From contig NC_043013.1 in assembly GCF_006345805.1 (NCBI RefSeq), positions 45,260,001 to 45,324,000 on the forward strand: 64,000 bases of DNA. Reading direction: 5' to 3'. Source of the DNA: Octopus sinensis. Taxonomy: Eukaryota. The position numbers and the translations under genes were made by a program. Below the pieces are notes generated by a model. The model was given only the letters and a program-made list of their open reading frames with translations. It made no database searches and was not told where the DNA came from. This document shows, piece after piece, positions 11,283 to 23,118 of this stretch; the first letter of the stretch is position 1, and each line of letters begins with the position of its first letter.

Positions 11283-13139
11283 CTAGAAAAAGGAAAATAA
11301 CAATAATAACAAAATTTCCAATGTCAAAAACTATTCGTTGTAAATGGAATTAGACATTATAAATATTGATTTGAGGGAAACAGGTTCAGTTTTTCACTTC
11401 ACAAAGAGAATATTTAGAGAGGAGGAGGATTGGTAGGAAGAAGAGAAGAGGAAGAAGAGAGAGAAAAAGGGTGAGGAGAGGAGGAGGTATAAAGTGAAAA
11501 AGAAAGATATTTATTGTATTTACAGTTGTATAACATGGACTTTCTGCCCTTAAAAAAAGCACCTTTATTAATATATTAAAACATACATTTCTTATAATGG
11601 AACATTAGAAAGACATGTTATCAATAAATGACTTATAAATACACTTCTTTATACTCTTATAAACATACACACACACACACCAACACACATCAGTACATAC
11701 ACTAACATATTAACCCTTGAGCATTCAGATCACTCAAAAATTCTTAGTCTTGGAAGATACATGGTTACCCTACCAGTGCTGGTGCCATGTAAAAAGCATC
11801 CAGTCCACTCTGTAAGGTGGTTGGCATTTCAAAGGGCATCCAGCAGTAAAAGCCTTGCTAAAACTGACCTTACCTCTGCTGGTGCCATGTAAAAAGCACT
11901 CAGTTCACTCTGTGGAGTGGTTGGTATTAGGAAAGGCACCCAACCGTAAAAACTGTGCCAAAACAGACACAGAAGTCTGGGGCAGTCTTTTGCCTGGCCA
12001 ACTCCTGTCAAACTGTCCAACCCATGCCAGCATGGAAGGTGGATGTTAAACGATGATGATGATTACTTTGTTGATGGTAATGCTTATTTATTCACATTGT
12101 TTTGAATTAAGCACACATTATCTTGTAGCTCAGAGGTTTCAACAATGTCATCATCATCATCATCATCATCGTTTAACGTCCGTTTTCCATGCTAGCATGG
12201 GTTGGACGGTTCGACCGGGTTCTGGGAAGCCAGGAGGCTGCACCAGGCTCCAGTCTGATCTGGCAGTGTTTCTACAGCTGGATGCCCTTCCTAACGCCAA
12301 CCACTCCGTGACTGTAGTGGGTGCTTTTTACGTGCCACCGGCACAGGTACCAGGGGAGAGGACGATTATATATATTTTTGAATGACATTGTAGGGTAGGT
12401 GTGAAAGGTTGGCTTTAGCTAGTTTGAACCGAAAACAAGTGGGATATTTGGGCTGGATATGACTGGTTTAAATGCTAAAGGGTTTACATACAAACTTAAA
12501 CCAGAGGGAACCACTACATGGTTGCTTAACAGTGCTGATGGAGTAGACATAGGTTCAAAGAAATTCCAGTCATGACCATCCTGTCATATTTTATGAAAGA
12601 CATAATATGCCTATGTCTATGTATCTTTTATCTTTTACTTGTTTCAGTTATAAGACTGTGGCCATGCTGGGGCATCACCTAGAAGAATTTTTTTAAGTAA
12701 AATAAATCAACCCTAGTATTTATTTTTTAGATTGTTTTTTAACTGCTAAGTCACAGGGATATAAACACACCAAGACTGGATGTCAAGCAATGGTAGTGGG
12801 AAGACAAACACAGATACAAAGACACACACATATATATATGACAGGCTTCTTTCAGTTTCCGTCTGCCAAATCCACTCAATGCTTTAGTTGGCCTGAGGTT
12901 ATAGAAGGTGTTATGCAGTGGGACTGAACCCAGAACCATGGAACTATATGGTTGGGAAGCAAGCTTCTTACCACAAAACGATGCCTGTACCTATTCTAAT
13001 GTAGTCTCTTCTGTTTGAAAACAGCAGAGAATAATTTGATGGAGATTTGACTGCTATTTCAGTGACCATACAAGATCAATTAGTTACAGTACAAGACTCT
13101 TAGGAAAGAAGTGAAAATAGGAGAGCAACATCAATAACT

Positions 13140-13770
13140 AGGTGGTGGTGGTGGTAATAGCGGTGATGGTAGTGGTAGTGGTGGTGATGGTAGTGGTGGT
13201 GATGGTTGTGGTGGTGGTGGTAATAGTGGTGATGGTAGTGGTGGTGATGGTAGTGGTGGTGATGGTAGTGGTGGTGGTGATGGTGGTGGTGGTGGTGGTA
13301 ATAGTGGTGATGGTAGTGGGGGTGATGGTAGTGGTGGTGATGGTGGTGGTGATGGTAGTGGTGGTGGTGGTGATGGTGGTGATGGTAGTGGTGGTGATGG
13401 TGGTGGTAGTGGTGGTGGTGGTGGTAATAGTGGTGATGGTAGTGGTGGTGATGGTAGTGGTGGTGATGGTAGTGGTGGTGATGGTGGTGGTGGTGGTGGT
13501 AATAGTGGTGATGGTAGTGATGGTAGTGGTGGTGATGGTGGTGGTGATGGTAGTGGTGGTGGTGATAATAGTGGTGATGGTAGTGGTGGTGATGGTGGTG
13601 GTAGTGGTGGTGGTGGTGGTAATAGTGGTGATGGTAGTGGTGGTGATGGTAGTGGTGGTGATGGTAGTGGTGGTGATGGTAGTGGTGGTAGTGGTGATGG
13701 TATTGGTGGTGGTAATAGTAGTGATGGTAGTGGTGGTAGTGGTGATAGTGTTGTAGTGATAGTTGTGACA
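13140..13770. repeat. Cryptic trinucleotide array (GGT/GAT/AGT/AAT) in IGBP1 intron 3
   Basis: About 630 nt of GGTGATGGTAGTGGT-type units. It produces the spurious poly-H/P/T/V ORFs in the track. Confidence 0.95.
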
Positions 13771-13801
13771 CTTCTGTTGCTGTTGCCCCAAATCAACTCA
13801 C

Positions 13802-13886
13802 TTTTCCTTTCTGGACAATTTCCGAACGTTCTCCTTCAATTTGTTTCATTGTGAAATAACCAAGCAAAGCTGGCAGTAAGATAAAC
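13802..13886 (-). CDS. IGBP1: IGBP1 coding exon 3: (K)FILLPALLGYFTMKQIEGERSEIVQKGK
   Basis: TTTCTAG acceptor, GTGAGT donor, 85 nt. Completes the split K codon (AA|G). Matches the alpha4 K-Y/F-L-L-x-P-A segment. Confidence 0.93.
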
Positions 13887-14399
13887 CTAGAAATCAGAAG
13901 GAAAAAACAAAAATTAATTCTTTGACAAGTAGATGCAGATTAGTATTTCAAATGAGATTAGTATTTCAACCATTATTCAATGATGATGATGATGATCATC
14001 ATTATCATTGTTTTAACATTTTGCTTTTCCATGCATATTTCAAATAGATGTTTTTTGGGATAGAATGAACCAAACTCCCATCAATCACGAAATTCTGAAA
14101 AGAAAATGGGGCTGGATCAGTCACATTCTAAGGAGACATCCAAGTAGCACTGTAAGACAGGTGTTAGACTAGCAAAAGAAAGAAAGAAAGAAAGAGGAAG
14201 GAAGGAAGGATGGATGACTTAAGAAGACTTGGAGAGGATGCTTGAAGGATGAAGTGAAAGCAGTCGGTCTCTCTTGGTCTGAAATCAAGTCCAAGATTGT
14301 ATCCAGTGGCATGAAATAGTCACAGCTCAATGATCCTCACAGATAAATGTGGACTAACTTTCCATGCTTCCATGGGTTGGACAGAATTTTGATGAGGCA

Positions 14400-15420
14400 C
14401 CCAAAGGAATCATGTCAGCTGCTGATAGTGGTGCACCATTTGTTGTGACCATACAGGCCAACACAGGAGTGGCAGTCATGCATACAGCGACTGCATTTCA
14501 AGGAGCTCTCTGCCATCATTCCTGATTTTTTCTTCTGTCAAGTGTGCTTTTCTTTGGTGATGAGTTCCTATTTTTTCTTCTACTCACTTCATCCCCTTTT
14601 GCGGTATTTGTCTCCAGTGTGGGCAACCATTTGCAACCTCCTCCCATCTCAGGATGTCCAGATCAAGTGACTTCATATCCTTCTTACAGATGTCCTTGAA
14701 ACAAAGATGAAGTCGTCCTTGTGCTCTTGTGCTGGTGGCCAATTCCCCACACAGGAGGCCTTTTGGGATCCTTCTGTCTGGCATACGATGTACATGACCG
14801 AGTCAGTGCAAATGACACTGCTCGAGCAGGGTGAGTATGCTGGGTGTCTTGGCTCGGTCGAGGACTTTGGGGTCGGTGATGTAGTCAGTTCACTTGAGTC
14901 CAAGATGGGTCTCAAATTACGAAGGTGAAGGACGTTGAGACGTTGTTCCTGTCCGGATAAGAGGCTTCGTGTCTCACTGCTATAAAGTAGCATACTAAGG
15001 ACACACACCTTACAGGTAACAATTTTGGTGCTTTCAGCCAGGTTTTTGTTTTCCCAGACTCTCTTTGTGAGCCTGGCAAACGTGGAGGATGCTTGTCTGA
15101 TTTGCCTGTTGAGCTTAAGGTCCAGGGGAGGTCATCAGCAATGGTAGAGCTGAGATAGGTGAATTCATGGACTACCCCCAGCTTCTAGTTGTTGATGGTG
15201 ATCTCGGGGTGGGGGTGCTTGGCACCTGGGCCCCATCACTTTGGTCTTCTTCAAACCGATAGTCACGCTGAATTCCTTACAGGCCTTTGAAAGTTTGCCC
15301 ACGAGGTGCTGCATTTGTTCTTCAGGGTGCTCTATCAGTGCAAGGGAAGGGCTTTATTCAACCGATGTAGAAATGTTGCAACGCCCACTTAAATCAAGGG
15401 AGAGGACTTGTCCACGACAA
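14400..15420 (-). mobile_element. Decayed RTE-BovB-like LINE: RT C-terminal half plus terminal C/H finger
   Basis: Frames give LKKTKVMG...VHEFTYLSSTI...ASSTFARLTKRVWEN...LSMLLYSSET...WLGHVHRMPDRRIPKGLLCGEL...FKDICKKDMK...CSRCMHDCHS.VGLYGH, with stops and frameshifts. Confidence 0.9.
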
Positions 15421-16139
15421 AACGAATCATAACAAGCAAGGGAGAGGACTCACCTTGTTTGCAGAATAGTAGAATTATAATATACAACGCCGAGTTCAAT
15501 GTAAGTACTTGTGTGTCTGTTCATGCAGTTGCCTTTCTGTCCAGATTTTTCCTTCAGACATTTATTTACGAATGCGCAGGCTGGATATCAGCAACATCAA
15601 TCTCACCTTTCGGGGAGGGCTCGTAATGGACTTAAGCGCATCCCTCACGCATGGATAGGACGGAATTTGCTGAGACAGGTTTTCTACGGCTAGATGCCCT
15701 TCACCTGTTTTCGATTGAGGTAATATTTCCTCATGACCAAACACGTTTTTTCACAGAAGATTGAAAATAATGGACACCGCTTACATGACGGTGACACTCG
15801 TTTACAACTACCACACAATATCAAGACAAGGAGAGAGTAACACACACACACACACACACACAGAGGCATACACTAATATACGTATACACACAAAATCCAC
15901 TCACAAGGCTTTGGTTGGCCACATGCCTTCACGGTGTATGTATGTATATATATATATATATATATACATATATACTTATTTGTCAAGTATTTCTATCTGG
16001 CTTTGTGTTATGTCTATCACCAAGACACTTTACTCTTAATGGACATGTCTACCTGAAATACATACTGCAAAGTGGTACAATTTGACATTCTAAATAGTGG
16101 CTGCACTGTAAAATTAATTAATGGTTTCATTCTTTCATT

Positions 16140-16690
16140 AACCAGATGTCTTGCAAACAACTTGCACATACAAGTGCTACCAGTCAAAAACTCCACATAC
16201 CAGAAGCCAGCAAATGTATGGGGTCATCAGGAGAGAATGTGTGCCGTTTCGGGGCCTACCTCTCGACAGCATCAGTGCACACCAGACCTGATATGAGGCT
16301 CCACTTGCTAGATGCACTGGTTATCAAATAAAGATCAATATTCTTCTAGCCATTGCTCATCATCTCTTTTTAACCAAATCCAGTGGCTAGCCTTTTCCAC
16401 AGTAGTTTGGATTTTGGTCATGGTGGCATTGACTTTACGGTGAGTTAGGCTTAGCGATAACAACAGTCGTCTCACACTGTGTCCAACGAACCCTCTACAT
16501 CCGACTTCGATTGGAAAATGTTCTGCTTTCCAGCCTGTGTCTTCACATTCCTCGAGGAGGTTTACATAACGGTCTATCTTTCGAGCCTGAGTGGCGTCCA
16601 TATTATCTTCATTAATTAATTCTATTAGCAGAATCACCTGTATCACACTGACAGTCTAAATAATTGAAGACAGAGGCCGACATGTGGTGA
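16140..16690 (-). mobile_element. 3' end of a HERO/R2-superfamily non-LTR element with restriction-like endonuclease domain
   Basis: ORF 16335..16646 has ILLIEL...RKIDRY..L.EEC...GWKA..FPIEVGCRGFV...KASHWIWLKR, the PD-(D/E)xK RLE C-terminus. A 3' UTR follows. Confidence 0.8.
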
Positions 16691-17095
16691 GAGACAAATG
16701 GAAGGATGATAACTGTTTGTGTTATTGGTGCAGAGACTCCAGATGCTGTTCTGCTTTATCAGCCTTGTCTACAGGAGGAGGAGGAACATGTCATCAAGAG
16801 AGCCTCTCTGTGGTTGCACAAGGTGCTGAAAATAGCAGCAAAATCTCCTACAAATCTCACAGCCTACCACCTTCAACAAAAAGAAATGGTACACAACGTA
16901 GTCCTAGATACCACTAGAAAGATGAGAAGGTCACAACCAGGATACCTTTAAGTACAGGTTGGTTCATGTAGGGTTGATTTGTGGTTAAGTGTCAACTTTG
17001 TGCACCAATGATAGCAACAGGAAACAAAACATAAAAGATGGAGTGACATCAATTAAGTGGGGCAGAGAGAGAGAGAGAGAGAGGTAGAGACTTAC

Positions 17096-17208
17096 TTTAG
17101 ACTGCTCGTTGTAACTTCATCAATATCTTCATTATCACTGAATAAATGCAGGAGGTTCACCTTGTGGACGGCTTTTTCAGCTTCTGGGATACATTGGGCC
17201 ACCTTTGC
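17096..17208 (-). CDS. IGBP1: IGBP1 coding exon 2: AKVAQCIPEAEKAVHKVNLLHLFSDNEDIDEVTTSSL(K)
   Basis: TTCTTCAG acceptor, GTAAGT donor, 113 nt. LFSxNEDxxE motif typical of Tap42/alpha4. Confidence 0.95.
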
Positions 17209-17883
17209 CTGAAGAAAACAGACAAACAAATTACATTTAATTAAAGAGTCTGCTGAACAAGATTTCTTAATTCTAGGTGTTAGAAGGAGATAGAAAAAAA
17301 GTTTGCCTCAAGCCTATGGCTCATGAGGCTGGAGATTATCAGGGTCTTCAAGCTGTTTAAGTGAATGATGAAAGTACTAATCCCATTCAAAAGGAATCTG
17401 TTACTCTCACAGAGTTAACTCCCAGCTGCTGCTGCTGTTGCTCATTTTTAGATGAGCAGACTGGATTAACATGAAGAGAATTATCTTGCTCAAGGATACA
17501 GTGTACTGCCTAGCTTAAGGGTTGAACTTACAACCTACTAGCTGTGAACCCAAAACCCCTAACCACTAGACCACGTCTTCTGCAGAATGAAAAAAAGGAG
17601 ATAGAAACAATCTTTCAATACAAAAGATAATAAAAGATATGCTGGTCTGTACGATTACTCTTTACTCTTTTACTTGTTTCAGTCATTTGACTGTGGCCAT
17701 GCTGGAGCACCGCCTACTAGTTGAACAAATCAGCCCCAGAACTTATTCTTTGTAAGCCTAGTACTTATTCTATCAGTCTCTTTTGCCGAACTGCTAAGTT
17801 ATGGGGATGTAAACACACCAGCATTGGTTGTCAAGTGATGTTGGGGGAACAAACACAGACACACAAACATATACACACACATG

Positions 17884-17935
<52 letters not shown>

Positions 17936-18088
17936 CGACGGGCTTCTTTCAGTGTCTGTCTACCAAATCCACTCACAAGGCTTTGGTCGGCCCGAGGCTA
18001 TAGTAGAAGACACTTGCCCAAGGTGCCATGCAGTGGGACTGAACATGGAACCATATAGTTGGTAAGCAAGCTACTTACCACACAGCCA

Positions 18089-18134
<46 letters not shown>

Positions 18135-19164
18135 TATTTATATGGTGCTTTTATGCAGCACCATAAACGAACCCATGCTAGTGCTGTGTAAAAGCACCCA
18201 GTACACTCTGTAAAGTGGTTGGCATTAGGAAGAGCATCCAGTTGTAGAAATCATGCCAAAACAGGTTTGGAGCCTGGGCAGCACTTGTCAAACCGTCCAT
18301 TCCATGCCAGCAGGGAAAGTGGATGTTAAATGATGATGATGATGATGATGATGATATGTATATAATTGAAAGAAAGAGTACAGTGAATTGCCATGGGAAG
18401 TGGAAAACCTAATGTTCTGCACAGAGTCCTTCTTCAGGGAAAAGTAGACAGAAATGAAATTAAAGAGACACAGCACATTCACTGTAATGGTTTTGTCAAT
18501 TTTATTAAATGACACAAGGTTTGCCAATGCAGACCAACACTAGTCTCTTTCAAGTTTGTTTGTCTGTGTATAAATCCTTCTCTCTCTCTCTCTCTCTCTG
18601 TATATATATATATATATTTCCTTCTCGAGCCATGTCTGGCTCATAAGGGCTGGTTTCCCGGATTCCTTGGCGTATAGGTTTCCCACATGGACGGGACGCC
18701 GGTCCGTCGCAGGTGAGCTGCAAGATGCAGGAGGAAAGAGTGAGAGAAAGTTGTAGCGAAAGAGTCAGCAGAAGTTCACCATTACCTTCTGCCGGAGTCG
18801 CGTGGAGCTTAGGTGTTTTCGCTCATAAACACACACATCGCCCAGTCTGAGATATATATATATATATGTAGTGGAGGCACATGGCTTAGTGGTTAGAGCA
18901 GCGGACTCACGGTCGAGGGATCACGGGTTCGAATCTCAGACTGGGCGATGTGTGTGTTTATGAATCTACATTTTTCTACAAGTTCTTTTCATAGTGTTCT
19001 TGGCTTTTGCACTTAGAAATAAAAGAGGGAGAAAAACATTGACAAACAAATGTAATAACTTGAAGCTTTCAACAGAGGCACATTTTACTCGGACCTTTAG
19101 CATTCAAGTTTTATTTTTTCCACCTTGTTTTGTACTTATGTACTCACATGTATGTGCTTGTGTG

Positions 19165-19219
<55 letters not shown>

Positions 19220-19299
19220 ATAATAAATATTAGGGAATAAATCCAAATTTACAGGGAAAAAATCAGATTTAGGATTAAATCGATTTTATAGTAAAATAT

Positions 19300-19450
19300 T
19301 ATAAAATATTATTCGAGACAAAACCACTATTTTGCAAAACAAACAAGGAAAGACTTAATTAATACATAAAATTGACTATTTATTAAAATTTTATGTATTA
19401 ATTAAGTCTTTCCTTGTTTGTTTTGCAAAATAGTGGTTTTGTCTCGAATA

Positions 19451-19460
<10 letters not shown>
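19300..19460. repeat. Perfect 74-bp-arm hairpin with 13-nt loop in IGBP1 intron 1
   Basis: 19300-19373 is the exact reverse complement of 19387-19460. It lies in a segment bounded by (TA)n tracts. Confidence 0.92.
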
Positions 19461-19488
<28 letters not shown>

Positions 19489-20408
19489 CATATACATACA
19501 TATGCATACATAGGTACAAAACAAGGTGGAGAAAATAAAACTTGAATGCCAAAGGTCAGAGTAAAATAGCATTTCATTGAAGTTGAAAGTCTTTTCAGCT
19601 TCAATAATATTCAGAGAGAGAGAGAGTGAGATTGAGAGAGATAGAGAGAGAGAGACCATAATTTGGTGATAAGTAACATTAAGCTTACAGAAAAACGTAA
19701 ACTCATGGATAAATTTAACTATTTCAATCTACATGGCCTCATAGTTGTGTGTGTCCTCAAATCCAAACTTAGTAAAGATGTTACAATCTGGGACAGTTTG
19801 ACTGCAAACTGAAATTCTGGAACTTAATTCTGTATCGGAACTTGTTTTCCTGAGATAAATTCCATGTTGTTCAAAATGTGGCTTCTTCATACAAATAATG
19901 GAATTTTACATAGTTGTATTCAATGACTATAAAGTATGCTGGTGGTCTTAAGGGCAGTGGGTCATCCTTGCTGTTCACGTTTGGGATAACGGTGCCAGGG
20001 TGACATCGTTGGGAAAATTGTGGACTGTACGTATAACTTAGATATGTTTCAACCAAAGATTGGCCCAGGCCATGTCTAACTTAGTAGCACCAACTGACAG
20101 AATCTGTTAAGTCAATTTTAAGTCAAGATTTGTAGTGTCATGGCTCAAGTAGGGAGTTGTTGTTGACTGAGATGTGTCCAGGTATAGGTAGCTTATCTGG
20201 TATACCTTGAAGAAATTTGTCCAGATTGAAGAGAGCCTGTAATATTACACTGCATAACAAAATTTTAGTATTTTTTGTCTCATTTTTGGTCAATAAGTGT
20301 TATTTCTTATTTGCTTCTCTCTAGAAATCACAGGAAATAACTATTATTTCCATCAAACTTAGCTTCTGCGACCTGGACATCAATGTTTTGAAACTGATTT
20401 ATTTTCCA

Positions 20409-20773
20409 TTAGCACTATGACCCGGTGTTGCCGGGTCATAGTGCTAGTGCATGCATATACAGCTGCGTATGTGCGCACATACACGCGAGTACTGTCCAAA
20501 TCTCCGACCAGTCACATACAGCTAGCTGGCATTCAATTGGTGTATCAAGTTTTGGGCATTTTGATTGGGTTTTGGACAGAAAATTCACAAAAAAGTCACA
20601 TCTATTGATTTTTTTAATGGCTTTGCGGGGTGACTGGGGAAATGTAAAGATGTGCACGACCACCCTTGGACGGTTTTGAATGACCATAGAAAGTGCGAGC
20701 CCTCTAACTGAAAAATTGTGGATTTGTATAAAGGACACACACACAGACATTTTGCCGTTTATATATATAGAGA
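20409..20773 (-). mobile_element. Non-autonomous Helitron, family H1
   Basis: 5' TCTCTATATATA, 3' GC-rich hairpin then CTAA|T. Reverse-complement match to 52063-52435. Confidence 0.8.
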
Positions 20774-21829
20774 AATTACATTTCAGATAGATTCAGAGCT
20801 GAGTTGCTAAAACAGGAATATTATTATGGCAAATATTCTGCTCAATAGCAAAGATTTGCTTGTCAGTCGCTTGACCTTAACCGATTGAGTATGTCCCTTA
20901 GTGGCTGACAATATGTGCATCTCTGGTCATGAGCAGGAGTAGTGGGGGGGGAGCATCATAGTCATGTGTAGAGAGGGATTCTTTGGAGGTTTGAATAACT
21001 GTAAAAAAAGCAAAGTTTGAAGGAAATATAACCCATTTCGCATACCTTCAAGGAGTAAGCAAATAGGAAATAATAGTTGCTACCCAAGGACATTACACAG
21101 CATTATTTGTGCTGAGAAGGTGGTGAGCTGGCAGAATCGTTTGCACACCAGGCAAAATGCTTAGTAGCATTTTGTCTGTTTTTACATTCTAAGTTCAAAT
21201 TCCAAGGTTGACTTTGCCATCCATCCTTTCAGGATCGATAAAATAAGTACTAGTTGAACACTGTGGTTGACATAATCAACTTACCCACTCCTCCGAAATT
21301 GCTGGCCTTGTGCCAAAATTTTAAATCAAAATTATTTGTGCTGAGAGGACTTGGGGGAAGGAAGAATATAGGTTGTTCTGGTTTGTTCTTGTTGTTTAAC
21401 CCTAGGTAAATGACGTATGGTCAAAGCCATTCCTGCAGTAACAATCCCAACTTTTTCCTAGGCAGTGTGCACCCAGTACTATACTATCCAATGTGTCCCT
21501 TTTCTAAGTGTGATTTGAGGGAAATTTGGTTGCTATTTCTAGCAGGGCAAACGACCTGTTTCGTTATAGGTTTGATTCATTGTTGTTTGATCCCAGGTTA
21601 GGACTGACTGAGCAAATCTATGATCGAAGGCGTTCTATCCGTGACGATCTCGTCTTTTTTTAAATTTTTTCTAGACATAGTATGTCTAAGTCCACATTAT
21701 CTCCTTCCTTTTTCTAAGACAACAGAGTGTGGTCTGAAGAAGATTTGGCTACTATTTCTTGCAGGCAGAGCGACCACGTGGAAGTTACTCCGTTACTATT
21801 AGAAAGTTATTTGTTGTTTAACAAAACGC

Positions 21830-22215
21830 TTTTTACTCATACGAAAGAAGCGTGTATAAAACGTATGTTGTTGTTTAGCAGTGAAACACGAAGCGTGATA
21901 GCATGGGTGGAAGAATTGCGCATAACACGGTGTGGTTCGGGTGGAGGTACTAATTGTTAAATGAGAAGAATAAGCTGACCAAAGGAAACGAGAAGGTAAC
22001 TGGCCATGGAAGAAGGCCAGATATACGGACATGTGATACGACTAGATGATGCACATCGCGTTGGTTGAAATAGGATAATGGGGTGGTGTACAAAAGTGTT
22101 CGCTACAGAGGTAGATAAAGAGAAGACTTGAGCGGCAACTATTGAGCTAGACTTGCGAACAACCTGTAGACAAACGTTCGAGATTCGTCGAGAGATATTC
22201 ATTGGTTGAGAAGTG
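21830..22215 (+). mobile_element. Heavily decayed RTE LINE RT C-terminal fragment
   Basis: Residual MLLFSSET...GHVIRLDDAH...IMGWC...KEKT*AATIELDL pattern with stops. Confidence 0.5.
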
Positions 22216-22390
22216 GGACCTATGCATACATACATGAAGATATGTATGTCGACTTTGCCTTTCATCCTTTCGGGGGTCGATAAATAAGGTACCAGTTTCG
22301 CACTGGGGTCGATGTAATTAACTTAAACCCTTTGTCTATTCTTGTTTGTCCCCTCCATGTTTAGCCCCTTCTGGGTAATAAAGAAACATA

Positions 22391-22543
22391 GGCGATCTTT
22401 CGTCTCTAGTAGACCTTTCCGTCGATTTCCGTAAAAAAAATTTTTTTTTACATATGGGCTTGCGGGAACTTTTGAAGTAATATACATACATATACACATA
22501 CACCGAGTAAAAAAATTTCAGTTACTAGAGACGAAAGATTGCC
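22391..22543. mobile_element. MITE family 2 (GGC-terminated TIRs, 8-bp TSD), short copy
   Basis: TIRs GGCGATCTTTCGTCTCTAGTA / TACTAGAGACGAAAGATTGCC. Flanks GAAACATA / GAAATATA. Confidence 0.8.
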
Positions 22544-22849
22544 GAAATATATATATATATATATGTATATGTGTGTGTGTGTATTAGTCATAAGATTGCG
22601 TTTTGATTGACGATGTGTGGGTATTTTTGAGGATATTTTGTAATGGCACTACTATGGGACATATAAATATCTTCGAGAATGGAAACATTAGGCAACAGAA
22701 CGAACAGTGTTAACATGTGTGATGAAGACTACACGAACGATAAACAAACCGGGTTTGACAAAAGCATAAAAATGAGCGACACAGAATATCTAAAACAACA
22801 ACAAAAAAAGGCTGCATTTCTACATCTGTGCATCATCTGATGTATTTAC

Positions 22850-22969
22850 CTGGTATCCAGGGTCTGATGTGGCTAGGTCAGACGACTCCAGATATTCATA
22901 AGCCTTTAATAATTGCTTAAATATCGAAGCGAGCGTGTCATGTCCATTTCCCGTCACATTCTGTGCCAT
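22850..22969 (-). CDS. IGBP1: IGBP1/alpha4 (Tap42 family PP2A regulator) coding exon 1: MAQNVTGNGHDTLASIFKQLLKAYEYLESSDLATSDPGYQ
   Basis: ATG at 22969-22967 in AAAATGG context. 120 nt, ends CAG|GTAAAT, phase 0, in frame with exon 2. Resembles the alpha4 N-terminus. Confidence 0.88.
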
Positions 22970-23046
22970 TTTGTCACTAAGGAGCATGAGTTATCTCCCT
23001 TCGACGACGAAGAGCTCTCCAGGATCTCCAAGATTTCTTCTGCTAC
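22970..23046. promoter_or_regulatory. 77-nt interval between the divergent IGBP1 and FMC1 start codons (shared promoter or overlapping 5' UTRs)
   Basis: Position between the two ATGs, locally CpG-containing. Transcription starts are not determined. Confidence 0.7.
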
Positions 23047-23118
23047 ATGGCGACCAACGCCAACAGTCTCTCCCTGTTGAGGGCCATCATACGGGAACTG
23101 AGGCATGTCTACGGCAAA
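23047..23118 (+). CDS. FMC1: FMC1 (C7orf55-like, mitochondrial complex V assembly factor) coding exon 1: MATNANSLSLLRAIIRELRHVYGK
   Basis: ATG at 23047, AAA|GTGAGT donor, 72 nt. The LRxxxRELR segment resembles the FMC1 N-terminus. Confidence 0.9.

Noticed and set aside
13100-13796. 200+ aa ORFs (poly-H/Y, poly-P/S, poly-T/I, poly-V/M) in four frames
   Set aside because: They are translations of an intronic trinucleotide array that is open in several frames, with no splice or homology support.
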